IMG/VR virus record: IMGVR_UViG_3300025120_010288
Location: 6,857 to 70,856 of that record
Strand: one strand, 5' to 3'
Length of the DNA stretch: 64,000 bases
Source: a virus
Every line of letters starts with the position of its first letter. The first letter of the stretch is position 1. Below are positions 9,353-19,035 of this stretch, in pieces. The translations under genes were made by a program, and so were the position numbers. A model generated the notes under the pieces. The model was given only the letters and a program-made list of their open reading frames with translations, did not search any database and had not been told where the DNA came from.

Positions 9353-9873
9353 TGAATCAAAATAAGTTTGGCGAAATAGTATTCAACGATATTGATATAA
9401 ATGACACACTACTCAGTGGAGTCAGCATTGATGATCTTGTTAATATACGAATTGATCAAACAATAGATTTAAAAAAATTACAAGTATTATTTCCAGATAC
9501 GTCTAGTATAACAACTTGGAAATCACCACAAACAGACAATATATCAGTACAGGAGTTTGATCGACAAAATCAAAGTCAGTGGTTTATGCCAGAAAAATAT
9601 CAAAATTTAGACCTGCCGCAACACATACTTGGGTTGTGCAGTAATGATGCTGAATTGCAACGAGTCGGTGAAGAACTTTTGTTGTTCCAAGAGCGTGATA
9701 TGTTTGATATATTAAAATTTATGGTTTATTTGGTAGACCATATGCGTGAAAATAATATTGTTTGGGGTATAGGGCGTGGAAGTAGTGTTGCAAGTTTTGT
9801 ATTATATCTAATAGGAGTGCATCGTATTAATAGTATGTACTACGATTTAGACGTACAGGAATTTCTACGTTAA
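9349..9873 (+). CDS. DNA polymerase III alpha (DnaE)-like fragment
   Basis: RV.EEL...YLVD.MRENNIVWGIGRGSSVASFVLYLIGVHRIN....LD..EFLR matches the DnaE GRGS palm segment. Confidence 0.8.
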   Translation: MMNQNKFGEIVFNDIDINDTLLSGVSIDDLVNIRIDQTIDLKKLQVLFPDTSSITTWKSPQTDNISVQEFDRQNQSQWFMPEKYQNLDLPQHILGLCSNDAELQRVGEELLLFQERDMFDILKFMVYLVDHMRENNIVWGIGRGSSVASFVLYLIGVHRINSMYYDLDVQEFLR

Positions 9874-9906
9874 ATACATTGTAACGCACGTTAATAGGAG
9901 AACATA

Positions 9907-10365
9907 ATGTCAAAAGTTTATAGAACAGCACATGGGCGTAGAATTGATTTAGGCGAAATAATGCTTAAAAACGAAAAAGTTCGAGCAGTAGGTAACATGG
10001 GTGTAAATGCCCGTGGTGATCTAGTAAATTCATACAACGAAAGTATTCAAACTCGCAATCAACAAGTTCGCAATCAATACAATGTACAAGTTACAAATGT
10101 AAGTGATGATACTATTTACAGTAGTTCAGCACAGCAAACAGCAATGGAAGCGGCAGTACCAGATACTGTAGTACCTGTTAGTATTGAAGAAGAAATAGAG
10201 CAAGTAAGCCCCGATGAACGTCCGCCTCTTGCTGAGAAAAAAGAAGAAAATAAAGTCAAAGAAAGTAAACCCACAGGACTTGCAGCAGCTATTGCAAAGT
10301 CACAATCGGTTAAGCAAGAAAAAGTAGCAGATCCAAGTGCATCAACTGGAGTTAAACGAATCTAA
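9907..10365 (+). CDS. phage hypothetical protein
   Basis: AGGAG SD; TAAATA at 9871; RAVGNMGVNARGD motif. Confidence 0.75.
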   Translation: MSKVYRTAHGRRIDLGEIMLKNEKVRAVGNMGVNARGDLVNSYNESIQTRNQQVRNQYNVQVTNVSDDTIYSSSAQQTAMEAAVPDTVVPVSIEEEIEQVSPDERPPLAEKKEENKVKESKPTGLAAAIAKSQSVKQEKVADPSASTGVKRI

Positions 10366-10746
10366 ATGGCCGGAACAAAAGCTCACAGTGTAGTAGCAAT
10401 TGATGCTCTCACTGCAATTGGTGATACAATATTAGTTGTAGATATGGAGTTTGGTGAACGAGCTCTTAGTAGTGGAATTGTACTACTAAATGATGACGGT
10501 AAATCACACGGTATTCGCCCTAGATGGGGCTGTGTGTTTGCTAAAGGACCTGAGTCTAGTAACAATATTGATATTGGTAATTATATCTTGGTAAGTCATG
10601 GACGTTGGACACGTGGAGTTGATATTGAGATAAACAAAGAAGTTGTAACCATTCGGCGTGTAGATCCAAATGATATACTTGCTAAGTCTGCTACACGTCC
10701 AGATGATGATACACTCAGCACAGCAATAAGCATTACTCAAAAATAA
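10366..10746 (+). CDS. GroES-like co-chaperonin
   Basis: L.AIGD.ILV...E....SGIVL, G.V.A.GP, I.IG..IL pattern. Confidence 0.8.
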   Translation: MAGTKAHSVVAIDALTAIGDTILVVDMEFGERALSSGIVLLNDDGKSHGIRPRWGCVFAKGPESSNNIDIGNYILVSHGRWTRGVDIEINKEVVTIRRVDPNDILAKSATRPDDDTLSTAISITQK

Positions 10747-10749
10747 TAG

Positions 10750-10778
10750 TTGACAAATTAATTTATATCTGCTATACT
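10750..10778 (+). promoter_or_regulatory. sigma70-type promoter
   Basis: TTGACA-17-TATACT. Confidence 0.8.
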
Positions 10779-10813
10779 TTAACTTACATATGTGAGATTA
10801 GATAGGAGCAAAA

Positions 10814-11734
10814 ATGAAAGAGTTATGGACAGAAAAGTATCGTCCGACGACTGTTGACGGGTATGTGTTTCGTGACAACGAACAAAAAGCACAAGTACAA
10901 ACTTGGATAGACAGCGGTACTATTCCACATTTATTGTTTAGTGGTGCTCCTGGGGTTGGCAAAACTACACTAGCAAAAATATTAATTAATACGCTTGATA
11001 TTGACGAATACGATGTATTAGAAATTAATGCTAGTAGAGAAAACAGCATTGACACTATCCGTGATAAGATCACAGGCTTTGTGCAAACAATGCCATTTGG
11101 TGACTTTAAGATTGTACTACTTGATGAGGCTGACTATATATCACCAAATGGGCAAGCTGCATTGCGTGGTGTTATGGAAACATATCATGCAAGTGCTAGA
11201 TTTATATTAACTTGTAACTATCCCAATAGAGTTATTCCAGCATTACATTCGAGATGTCAAGGCTTTCATATTGAAAGAGTAGATCAAACTGAATTTACTG
11301 CCAGGATTGCAACAATACTAATTGAAGAAGGTGTAGAACTTGACCTTGACACATTGGATAATTATGTAAAGGCAACATATCCCGATTTACGCAAATGCAT
11401 CAACATGTGTCAAATGAACAGCACAGCTGGGTCATTAACAGCACAAAAAGGTGACGAAGGTGGTGCAACCAAAGAATGGAAACTTGGTGCGGTTGAATTG
11501 TTCAAAGCAGGTAAAATACGTGAAGCAAGAACGTTGATCTGTAGCAGTGCCCGTCCTGAAGAAATGGAAGATGTATTTCGTTGGATGTATGATCATTTAG
11601 ATATATGGAGTGCTGACGAAACAGTACAGGATCAAGCTATTGTTGTTATTAGACAAGGACTAGTAAATCATAGTTTTGTTGCTGACCCAGAAATTAATTT
11701 AAGTGCAACCCTTATTGAATTAAGTAATTTGTAA
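10814..11734 (+). CDS. clamp loader AAA+ subunit (gp44/RFC-like)
   Basis: WTEKYRP, GAPGVGKT, LLDEAD, SRC motifs. Confidence 0.95.
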   Translation: MKELWTEKYRPTTVDGYVFRDNEQKAQVQTWIDSGTIPHLLFSGAPGVGKTTLAKILINTLDIDEYDVLEINASRENSIDTIRDKITGFVQTMPFGDFKIVLLDEADYISPNGQAALRGVMETYHASARFILTCNYPNRVIPALHSRCQGFHIERVDQTEFTARIATILIEEGVELDLDTLDNYVKATYPDLRKCINMCQMNSTAGSLTAQKGDEGGATKEWKLGAVELFKAGKIREARTLICSSARPEEMEDVFRWMYDHLDIWSADETVQDQAIVVIRQGLVNHSFVADPEINLSATLIELSNL

Positions 11735-11982
11735 TGTACACTATTGAATATGATTATGATGAAGTTAGCATTACAATATTAGATGATTATGCCAGACACG
11801 AAGATTTAATTGTAAATGCATTTGATGATATTGTTTACTTTAGGCAATATGATCCTGATATAGATCGAATGATATCTATTGCTATTGCACCGTCACAATG
11901 GGACGAGCTTATTAGTGCAATAAACAGCCCAGAAGGGGCATTTATTACCCGTACAAAGCATGTAAAAAACAAAAAAAGTTAA
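11734..11982 (+). CDS. hypothetical protein
   Basis: TAATG-coupled ORF. Confidence 0.7.
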   Translation: MYTIEYDYDEVSITILDDYARHEDLIVNAFDDIVYFRQYDPDIDRMISIAIAPSQWDELISAINSPEGAFITRTKHVKNKKS

Positions 11983-12033
11983 ACTTTTTTTCTAATTCCT
12001 TATTAATCAATGACTTAGCTGGCCAGGAAAAGG

Positions 12034-12062
12034 TTGACCATTTGAGCTTTATAGTCTATACT
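12034..12062 (+). promoter_or_regulatory. sigma70-type early promoter
   Basis: TTGACC-17-TATACT followed by AGGAG SD. Confidence 0.75.
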
Positions 12063-12094
12063 ATATATATAAAGTTAGAAATTAGGAGCAACAC

Positions 12095-12427
12095 ATGCTA
12101 GTACAAGTTATCCACAGTGCGTTTAGTGAGCGTAATAACCCAATTACAGTTGCAACAGTTAAAGCACCTCAAAGTGATATAGATGCAGCACTTGAGTATG
12201 CTTATCGTTGGACTAACAATGTAATGGGTAGTTGGAGCCGCGATGAGCAAGTATTCGAAGACGGTTCTGAGAACGGTGATTTTAATCCAAATGTTACTCG
12301 AGTCGCTCCATTGCATAATGGAATGGGACTACGATCAACTTCAATGGGAGATCGAATGATAATTGATGGTGTAACTTACGAAGTTGCAATGTTTGGTTTT
12401 GAAAAACTTGATGAGGAGACTGTATAA
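12095..12427 (+). CDS. early hypothetical protein
   Basis: Strong SD; RSTSMGD...Y.VA.FGF (YodL-like C-terminus). Confidence 0.75.
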   Translation: MLVQVIHSAFSERNNPITVATVKAPQSDIDAALEYAYRWTNNVMGSWSRDEQVFEDGSENGDFNPNVTRVAPLHNGMGLRSTSMGDRMIIDGVTYEVAMFGFEKLDEETV

Positions 12428-12600
12428 TGAATCCGATTGAGCAACTTGACAATCTCATTGCGTCTACAAAACGTAAAAGCACAACTATTTTTGATTTTGA
12501 AACATACAGAGAATATTGTGCTGCTCGACGAGGATTTCATGTCATTCCTGAAGAGCTGTTTGATAACCTTAAAGCTGATGTTGTGCCAGGAGATCAATAA
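12427..12600 (+). CDS. small hypothetical protein (57 aa, not in ORF track)
   Basis: MNPIEQLDNL...VPGDQ*; GAGGAG SD; TAATG-coupled at both ends. Confidence 0.7.
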   Translation: MNPIEQLDNLIASTKRKSTTIFDFETYREYCAARRGFHVIPEELFDNLKADVVPGDQ

Positions 12601-12869
12601 TGCCAACTAATTATAATCCATTGGGTTGGGCTAAGAAATTTTGTAACGCACATAATCTTATGCAAATTGGTGATGAAGTTGTTAGTCGGCACGGTGTTGC
12701 CAAGATTATAGGTATTGAATTGTGTGAAAACAAATATGAAAAATATGGCATTGAAGTAAAGCAGGTATACGCACTATACAAAGATCGTTGCGTATTTGAT
12801 TTAGACAATGGCCATTGGGCATACGGTTATCAAGTAGATATTATCAAAAAAGAGGTTGACACAACTTAA
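12600..12869 (+). CDS. hypothetical protein
   Basis: AGGAG SD, coupled ORF. Confidence 0.7.
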   Translation: MPTNYNPLGWAKKFCNAHNLMQIGDEVVSRHGVAKIIGIELCENKYEKYGIEVKQVYALYKDRCVFDLDNGHWAYGYQVDIIKKEVDTT

Positions 12870-12884
12870 AAACTGTGTTATATT
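12856..12884 (+). promoter_or_regulatory. sigma70-type promoter
   Basis: TTGACA-17-TATATT. Confidence 0.75.
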
Positions 12885-12913
12885 AATTTGTAAGTAAGAA
12901 AAAGAGTTAGAAA

Positions 12914-13501
12914 ATGAATAAAGTAATATTAACAGACTGCGACGGTGTCTTACTTGATTGGGAAACACAGTTTAAAGATTGGATGCAACAACAAGGGTAT
13001 ACGTTAGTTGATCCAGCCGCATACAACATGAGTGTTGCATACAATGTACCTAAAGAAGAATCCAAACGATTAGTTAAGATTTTCAATGAAAGTGCATGGA
13101 TGGGCTTTTTGCCTGCACTACGGGACGCACGGAGCGGAGTTGCTAAACTAGTTGAGGCTGGTTACCAGTTTATAGTTATTACCAGTTTAAGTTTAGATGC
13201 CAAAGCAAAAATGCTACGGATTAGCAACTTAAAAAATATATTTGGTAAAGATGTTTTTCTTGATGTTGTGTGTTTGGATACTGGTGCCGATAAAGATGAT
13301 GCACTAGCTGAATACAAAAACACTGGCATGTATTGGTTAGAAGATAAAACTGAAAATGCGTTGTGTGGTGTACGAGCTGGTTTAAAAAGTATTTTAATTA
13401 CACACGATCATAATCTTAGCTGTAATGAAAACAAAACAGATATTATTCGGTGCGATAGCTGGAGCGACATAGTTGACGTTATTACCCAAACCCCTGGTTA
13501 A
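12914..13501 (+). CDS. HAD-family phosphatase (5'(3')-deoxyribonucleotidase-like)
   Basis: DCDGVLLDW motif I, ITS motif II, K, WLEDK motif IV. Confidence 0.85.
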   Translation: MNKVILTDCDGVLLDWETQFKDWMQQQGYTLVDPAAYNMSVAYNVPKEESKRLVKIFNESAWMGFLPALRDARSGVAKLVEAGYQFIVITSLSLDAKAKMLRISNLKNIFGKDVFLDVVCLDTGADKDDALAEYKNTGMYWLEDKTENALCGVRAGLKSILITHDHNLSCNENKTDIIRCDSWSDIVDVITQTPG

Positions 13502-14123
13502 CAACACAGTATTATTAATGTATGGCAGTGGCCTAAGTGGAGAATTTATCACTTGGGCTTTGTCACAGAGTTTAGATAACTTTGCAGTTGGAGAAAATCA
13601 CTGGGAAGGAGCAAGATTTAAATATACTGATGCTATTGGTCGAAGCATGTATGGTGGTGATAGTGTTATTAAAGTAAATGAAGTACTTGATAGGTACAGA
13701 ATGTTTAACGAAAATCAAAGTCAAGCAGGCGAAAAACATTTTGTAATGTTACATCCAGATCCTCAAAACATACAATTTGTGCGTGAAAATTTTAATACTT
13801 GCCCAATGATTGAAATAGTTAATCGTAAGTTATCAAGTCAAACTTTTCAACACCTAGGTCGTCAAAAAATAACACAAGACGATATAAAAAACAGCGGAGC
13901 AAGTTTTATACCAAATTTTGGGTTAAAACCATACAGAAAAGTATACAATGCCCTAGACCATTTAGAAATTGAATGGGAAGATCTAATTTTAACAAATACC
14001 AATCAAGTGTTAGAGAATGTATCAAAATTTGTAGACGGCTTAATTGATGTCTCTATTTTTAATCGTTTACTAAATGATTATAAAAAACGTAACCAAAGTT
14101 ACTTAAATTCTATAAAGATTTAA
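13473..14123 (+). CDS. hypothetical protein, possible sulfotransferase/P-loop fold
   Basis: YGSGLSGEF loop after a hydrophobic strand; IEWEDL near the C-terminus. Confidence 0.5.
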   Translation: MTLLPKPLVNNTVLLMYGSGLSGEFITWALSQSLDNFAVGENHWEGARFKYTDAIGRSMYGGDSVIKVNEVLDRYRMFNENQSQAGEKHFVMLHPDPQNIQFVRENFNTCPMIEIVNRKLSSQTFQHLGRQKITQDDIKNSGASFIPNFGLKPYRKVYNALDHLEIEWEDLILTNTNQVLENVSKFVDGLIDVSIFNRLLNDYKKRNQSYLNSIKI

Positions 14124-14834
14124 TACACTACTAATAATTGGGTGTCTTTGTATATCTTTTAATCCGAGTCTACATACATCAAGTCCTGGTGTTGGCTCTG
14201 CATCTAATCTACTGCATAAGTCTAATAATCCATTATTTGAAATTGTCTTATCGGTTTGTTCAATGTCTCCTGTTATTATAATTTTACTACCCTCACCAAT
14301 ACGTGTTAAAAGCATCTTAACTTGATTGGGTGTAGCGTTTTGCATTTCATCAGCAACAATCCATGAATTTTTAAAAGTTCTACCTCGCATAAAAGCAAGT
14401 GGTGATATCTCAATGATTTCATCCTCAATAAACTTGTTTACTTGTGCTGGAGTATAAAACTCTTTCATGATGTCAGTAAGTGGTCTTGTCCAAGGTTCCA
14501 TTTTTGCATTTAGGTCGCCGGGTAAGAATCCGTGTTTTTCTTCCTCAACACCAACTGCTGGCCTAGTGATAATAATTTTACTGCACTCGTTTTGTTGAAA
14601 TGATTTTAGTGCCGCTAACATTCCAAGATAACTTTTACCGGATCCAGCTGGACCTACTGCGATTGTAATGTCTGTATTTGGATTACATAAACTTAGTACA
14701 AGTGATTCTTGGGATACACTTCTTGGAACTAGATTAATAGATTTAGTTCTTGAAGGTTTGACGTATTTGTAGGAAATGTCCGTAGTATTTCCATCTTGTA
14801 TTAATTGGAACTTACGATTTGTTTTTCGTGCCAA
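14103..14834 (-). CDS. phoH: PhoH family ATPase
   Basis: GPAGSGKS, GFLPGDL, FMRGRTF, DEMQN, GDIEQ; AGGAG SD; minus-strand TAAATA at 14877-14882. Confidence 0.95.
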   Translation of the reverse strand: MARKTNRKFQLIQDGNTTDISYKYVKPSRTKSINLVPRSVSQESLVLSLCNPNTDITIAVGPAGSGKSYLGMLAALKSFQQNECSKIIITRPAVGVEEEKHGFLPGDLNAKMEPWTRPLTDIMKEFYTPAQVNKFIEDEIIEISPLAFMRGRTFKNSWIVADEMQNATPNQVKMLLTRIGEGSKIIITGDIEQTDKTISNNGLLDLCSRLDAEPTPGLDVCRLGLKDIQRHPIISSVLNLYRI

Positions 14835-14979
14835 AAATATCTCTCCTTTGAGTTAACTTTCAACCGTCTACATGTTTATTTACTACCTAACAAAACATTT
14901 TAAAACATACTATAGAATAATCGTAAACGCCGATAAGTATAGTACGTATTCAGTATATCTGCATACCCTAGCATAAAGA

Positions 14980-14985
14980 TAAATA
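14980..14985 (+). promoter_or_regulatory. late promoter core, 5 nt before ATG
   Basis: TAAATA-ATACT-ATG with no SD. Confidence 0.6.
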
Positions 14986-14990
14986 ATACT

Positions 14991-15539
14991 ATGGACGAAA
15001 ATATATTCAAGAACGACACAGATTACTGGATGGTTGCACAGAACATCAAGGATATCTATATGAGTGAAGGTAGTATGCTCACACTTATGGACTTTGAACG
15101 AGTACTTGATGAGTTAGATATTTACGCATTTAAAAACTGGGAAAAGGGAGAGCTAGTAGCAGGTCCTGATATTGAAAGATACTCGGTTAGCTGTACCTTT
15201 ATGTGGCCCAAAGATTTGATGCCTGACCCTAGAGGGGGCAAAAGATTGTTACCATTTGATATCAATGTTAAATGGAAGAAAACAAAAATTACTATACCAA
15301 TTAAAATTGAAAATCCAAGTGATTATGCAAATGGTACTAAAGTAGCAAAACTAGTAAAAAAACCAGTTTGGCTTGTAGAAATAGTAATGCCTAAATCATT
15401 AATAAGTGATATCCGCACTGGTAGTATTGAACTAGAAGGTGATGTTATTGACCTTGAAGATATTGACAGCAGCTATCAAAATGACCTAGATCAAGAAGAG
15501 TATGTAGCAGATGACAACATTGAAGCACAAACTGGCTAA
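14991..15539 (+). CDS. conserved jumbo-phage hypothetical protein
   Basis: FERVLDELDIYAFKNW, MPDPRGG motifs; acidic tail. Confidence 0.75.
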   Translation: MDENIFKNDTDYWMVAQNIKDIYMSEGSMLTLMDFERVLDELDIYAFKNWEKGELVAGPDIERYSVSCTFMWPKDLMPDPRGGKRLLPFDINVKWKKTKITIPIKIENPSDYANGTKVAKLVKKPVWLVEIVMPKSLISDIRTGSIELEGDVIDLEDIDSSYQNDLDQEEYVADDNIEAQTG

Positions 15540-16074
15540 TAAGCCACTATACGAAACATTAAATTATAAAGACATGGTTGGCATGGTAGATCCAGTTGTC
15601 ACGGTAGATGAATTTGTATCTAAAATGGGAGAAGATGATGACATTACTGTTTTATCTTTTACTGTTAAGGACAAAAAAGCCGCAGATGATTTATCAAATT
15701 GGTTTGAAAAAGGCTATGATTTTGTGCTAGACTCAGAAGTCAGCCCAGGAGAAATAAGCACAGGCAAATATCTTGTGTTTGTTGAACTAAAACGCCGAAC
15801 TTGGGTTAGTGAACGTATTAATGACATGTTAGATGACTTGAATACACTAACTGATATCAATGTTGATGATTGGGCATTCACATACGATAAAAAATCATAC
15901 AAATGGGATAAGGAAGTATACGACGATAAGGTACCTAATAGTCCACATGAATATAGAGAAATCATTGATATTGAACTTAATGAATGGCGTAATGCAGCAG
16001 GCATTGCTCCTAAAAAAATTTACAAAACAGATCGAATATTACGCAACTTACAAGCAAACGCTGGTATAATTTAA
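15511..16074 (+). CDS. conserved phage hypothetical protein
   Basis: DEF.SKMGEDD, FEKGYDFVLD; start uncertain. Confidence 0.7.
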   Translation: MTTLKHKLANKPLYETLNYKDMVGMVDPVVTVDEFVSKMGEDDDITVLSFTVKDKKAADDLSNWFEKGYDFVLDSEVSPGEISTGKYLVFVELKRRTWVSERINDMLDDLNTLTDINVDDWAFTYDKKSYKWDKEVYDDKVPNSPHEYREIIDIELNEWRNAAGIAPKKIYKTDRILRNLQANAGII

Positions 16075-16077
16075 AAA

Positions 16078-16743
16078 ATGCATTCATTACGTAGTTACGG
16101 GTGTAGTTTCATATACGGAACTGACTTGCAAGACAACGTTGATAATCCTCACTTGCCTAGTCAATACACTTGGCCAGCACTATTAGCACAACATGCACAA
16201 TTAGAATATGTGTGTAATGCTAGAGGTGGTAGTGGCAACTTACATATACTTGAAAAACTTTTACGTGATGTGCATAAAAATCCGCAAGACTTTTATATTA
16301 TTGGATGGACCTGGATTGATAGATTTGATTATACTGATACTAAATTTGATCAAAACGATCATTGGTATACACTTACCCCAACTAACACAAGCACAGTAGC
16401 TAAAACTTATTATAAAGAATTACACAGCGAAGTAAGGGATAAGTTTGCAAGTTTAACTTACATAAACACTGCAATTGATGCATTGAATACAGCAGGCTCA
16501 AGTTACATTATGACTTGTATGGATAATTTAATATTTGACAACCAATGGAATGCACCCGATAGTACCAAATATTTACAACAGCGTATTGTTCCTCACATAA
16601 TGACTTTTGCAGGTGATACGTTTTTAAATTTTGCAAAATCCAATAATCATCCTATAAGTACTACACTGCACCCGTTAGAAAAAGCACACCAGCAAGCCGA
16701 AGTTCTAATGCGACCTGTGTTCAATGAAAGTAGAAACAAATGA
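16078..16743 (+). CDS. SGNH/GDSL hydrolase-like protein
   Basis: GCSF..G block I, N.ARGGSGN block II, LHP block V. Confidence 0.7.
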   Translation: MHSLRSYGCSFIYGTDLQDNVDNPHLPSQYTWPALLAQHAQLEYVCNARGGSGNLHILEKLLRDVHKNPQDFYIIGWTWIDRFDYTDTKFDQNDHWYTLTPTNTSTVAKTYYKELHSEVRDKFASLTYINTAIDALNTAGSSYIMTCMDNLIFDNQWNAPDSTKYLQQRIVPHIMTFAGDTFLNFAKSNNHPISTTLHPLEKAHQQAEVLMRPVFNESRNK

Positions 16744-17510
16744 ATCTTAGTGTAATACAAAATATTTCTACTGTGGAATACTATCCGTATCCATATGTGA
16801 TAGTCGAAGATGCATTGCCTAATAAATTATACAATGAACTACACAACAGTTTTCCTGACAAATTGTTACTAGAGCAGCCTGCCGAAGATATAGATTATGT
16901 TACCGGCAAACCTATTTGTTATAGATATAAAAGCTCAAAAGCCGCACAAGAACAAGTTATTCCCAATATATGGAAAGATTTTTTTGAATACCATACTAGT
17001 GCTGAATATTTTCGAGCATGTGCAAGGCTTTTTGAAAAACCAATTATTGAATATTACAGTGCAGAATTTTATGAAAATTTATTAAGTGACCCAGTAGGAG
17101 TACGCAAGTTACGTAAAGGACCTTTAGTAACAGATTGTCAGTTTGTGTTACACGAAGCACTTGGCGAAACCAGCACCACAAAAGTTCCGCATATGGATAA
17201 TAGTAAAGAAATATACGCCGGTTTACTGTATATGAAACATCATGATGATAAAAGCACAGGCGGAGATTTTGTAGTACATGAAGTAGACACAAACAACGAT
17301 CAATGGTTTAATCCACAAGGTGGTCGTAATGTACTTGACGGGTTTCATCGTCCATATAATGTGGTACCATATAAACAAAATATGTTTACTATGTTTTTGA
17401 ATGTGTTTAACAGCATACATAGTGTAACACCAAGGAAAAACGCCGTTGAACGTAGATATAGCATCAACATCATTGGCGAGTTCAAAGATAAAAAGATGTG
17501 GGAACACTAA
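16740..17510 (+). CDS. 2OG-Fe(II) oxygenase
   Basis: PYPYVIVEDALP, HMD, GGDF, HSVTPR..R. Confidence 0.85.
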   Translation: MNLSVIQNISTVEYYPYPYVIVEDALPNKLYNELHNSFPDKLLLEQPAEDIDYVTGKPICYRYKSSKAAQEQVIPNIWKDFFEYHTSAEYFRACARLFEKPIIEYYSAEFYENLLSDPVGVRKLRKGPLVTDCQFVLHEALGETSTTKVPHMDNSKEIYAGLLYMKHHDDKSTGGDFVVHEVDTNNDQWFNPQGGRNVLDGFHRPYNVVPYKQNMFTMFLNVFNSIHSVTPRKNAVERRYSINIIGEFKDKKMWEH

Positions 17511-18259
17511 TGCCTATTAAAGATGATATTGCAGCAGGATTGAGAACCAAGCCACCAAGGCTACAAGCAAAAAAATCAAAAGAAACTAAGGATACAGTGA
17601 GATTTAATATAACAAGATGGCCTGAATTTAATGTAAACTTTTGGGCAATTAACAAAAATGCCAGTAGTACTATTATTAATCATTTAATACATGAAGCAAC
17701 TGGTGTAGATGTTGACTATGAACATCGTTACGGCCAAGAAGGCAAACGTCTTATTCAAGACAGACGTATTGACAGAGATGAAGCACTTCGCAATCAACAT
17801 CTTAACTTTGCTATAGTGCGACACCCTCAAGATAGATTTGAAAGTGCATACAGGCAGTTTAAATTTCGTGACGAGCCCGAGGGGCTTAAGGCTGCACGTA
17901 AAGCAAGATTTGATAAAAGCTGGGAACCTCAAGATTTTTTAGAATATATTGAACGTAAGTTTGAACTTAGAAAAGATCCTGTTGTTAAAAAATATTCACA
18001 ACTAAGTGGAAACAAACATTTCTGGAAACAAATGGATTTTATTCCATTTAAGGTGTTAGATAAAATAGACTACATTGTTAAGTTAGAAGAATTAAATGAC
18101 AAGTGGCCTTTGAAACTTATAGGACCACCAACATTTATTGCAAATTCTACAGAACCACAGCCTTTACCTGACTATGATCTAGAACTTTTAAAAAATCTAT
18201 ACTTGGAAGATTTTTTAACTTTTAATTATACTTTAAAGTTTGGTATAGACAAAGAATAA
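17510..18259 (+). CDS. sulfotransferase family 2 protein
   Basis: INKNASST (5'-PSB) and VRHPQDRFESAY (3'-PB). Confidence 0.8.
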   Translation: MPIKDDIAAGLRTKPPRLQAKKSKETKDTVRFNITRWPEFNVNFWAINKNASSTIINHLIHEATGVDVDYEHRYGQEGKRLIQDRRIDRDEALRNQHLNFAIVRHPQDRFESAYRQFKFRDEPEGLKAARKARFDKSWEPQDFLEYIERKFELRKDPVVKKYSQLSGNKHFWKQMDFIPFKVLDKIDYIVKLEELNDKWPLKLIGPPTFIANSTEPQPLPDYDLELLKNLYLEDFLTFNYTLKFGIDKE

Positions 18260-18967
18260 ACGCTCGAGTGCATCTTTTTTAAATGTTTCTAAAAACAAAT
18301 TGTACTTTTTTTCAAATTCTTTTGCTACAGCAAAGTTCCATGGAAATATATCTACCCATGGGCCAGTTTTATGCGGAATACCTGGATTGGCCCGCAAATA
18401 AAATTTTCCCCCGGGCTGTAGTAGGTTAACACAATGCGAAAAACGTTGTTCAATATCATCTTTGCTGTTGAAATTGATACTACCTAGTGCAATGATGTTG
18501 TCATGTGATTCTGGCTCAACAGCATATTCCAGTATGTCTACCATATAGTCGGCCATATCGTTGTAAGGATCAATACCAACCAAATTGGGTATAAGTTCTT
18601 TATATGGATGATATCCACACCCAACGTCTAGTACACTTTTTGGATTAGCTTCATTTATAACATCAGCTAATTTAAATCCAGTGTAATCGTACTCTGCGTT
18701 ACGAGGTACCCAAACTTTACTAAAAAAGTGATTGCTATACTGTGTATCTAAATCATTGACAATATCTTCAACAGTTCCAGTTTCTATCATATAAAACCCT
18801 AAAGTTTTATGTATATTCTTTTTGTACTTAGAAAACCTAGCAGGTGTCCACGGAAGTTCCTCTATTCGAGTTTTTTCTGTAATATCATCATATAATGATG
18901 AATAGCGTTTTAATTTAAAACTATCTTGTAAATTTTCTAGCACAAGAGTTAAAATCTTTTGATTCAT
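18233..18967 (-). CDS. class I SAM-dependent methyltransferase
   Basis: VLDVGCG, GID, LQPGG; ATG 18967 has an AAGGA SD. Confidence 0.8.
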   Translation of the reverse strand: MNQKILTLVLENLQDSFKLKRYSSLYDDITEKTRIEELPWTPARFSKYKKNIHKTLGFYMIETGTVEDIVNDLDTQYSNHFFSKVWVPRNAEYDYTGFKLADVINEANPKSVLDVGCGYHPYKELIPNLVGIDPYNDMADYMVDILEYAVEPESHDNIIALGSINFNSKDDIEQRFSHCVNLLQPGGKFYLRANPGIPHKTGPWVDIFPWNFAVAKEFEKKYNLFLETFKKDALERLFFVYTKL

Positions 18968-19035
18968 ACTAAAATATTCCTTTGTTAACAAATTTCTATA
19001 AGTACTTTATACAAGTAATTATCACGGAAGCAATC

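Noticed and set aside
11971-11991. Rho-independent terminator
   Set aside because: The arms are almost all A/T with a 1-nt centre, so a stable RNA hairpin is unlikely; treated as a DNA palindrome.
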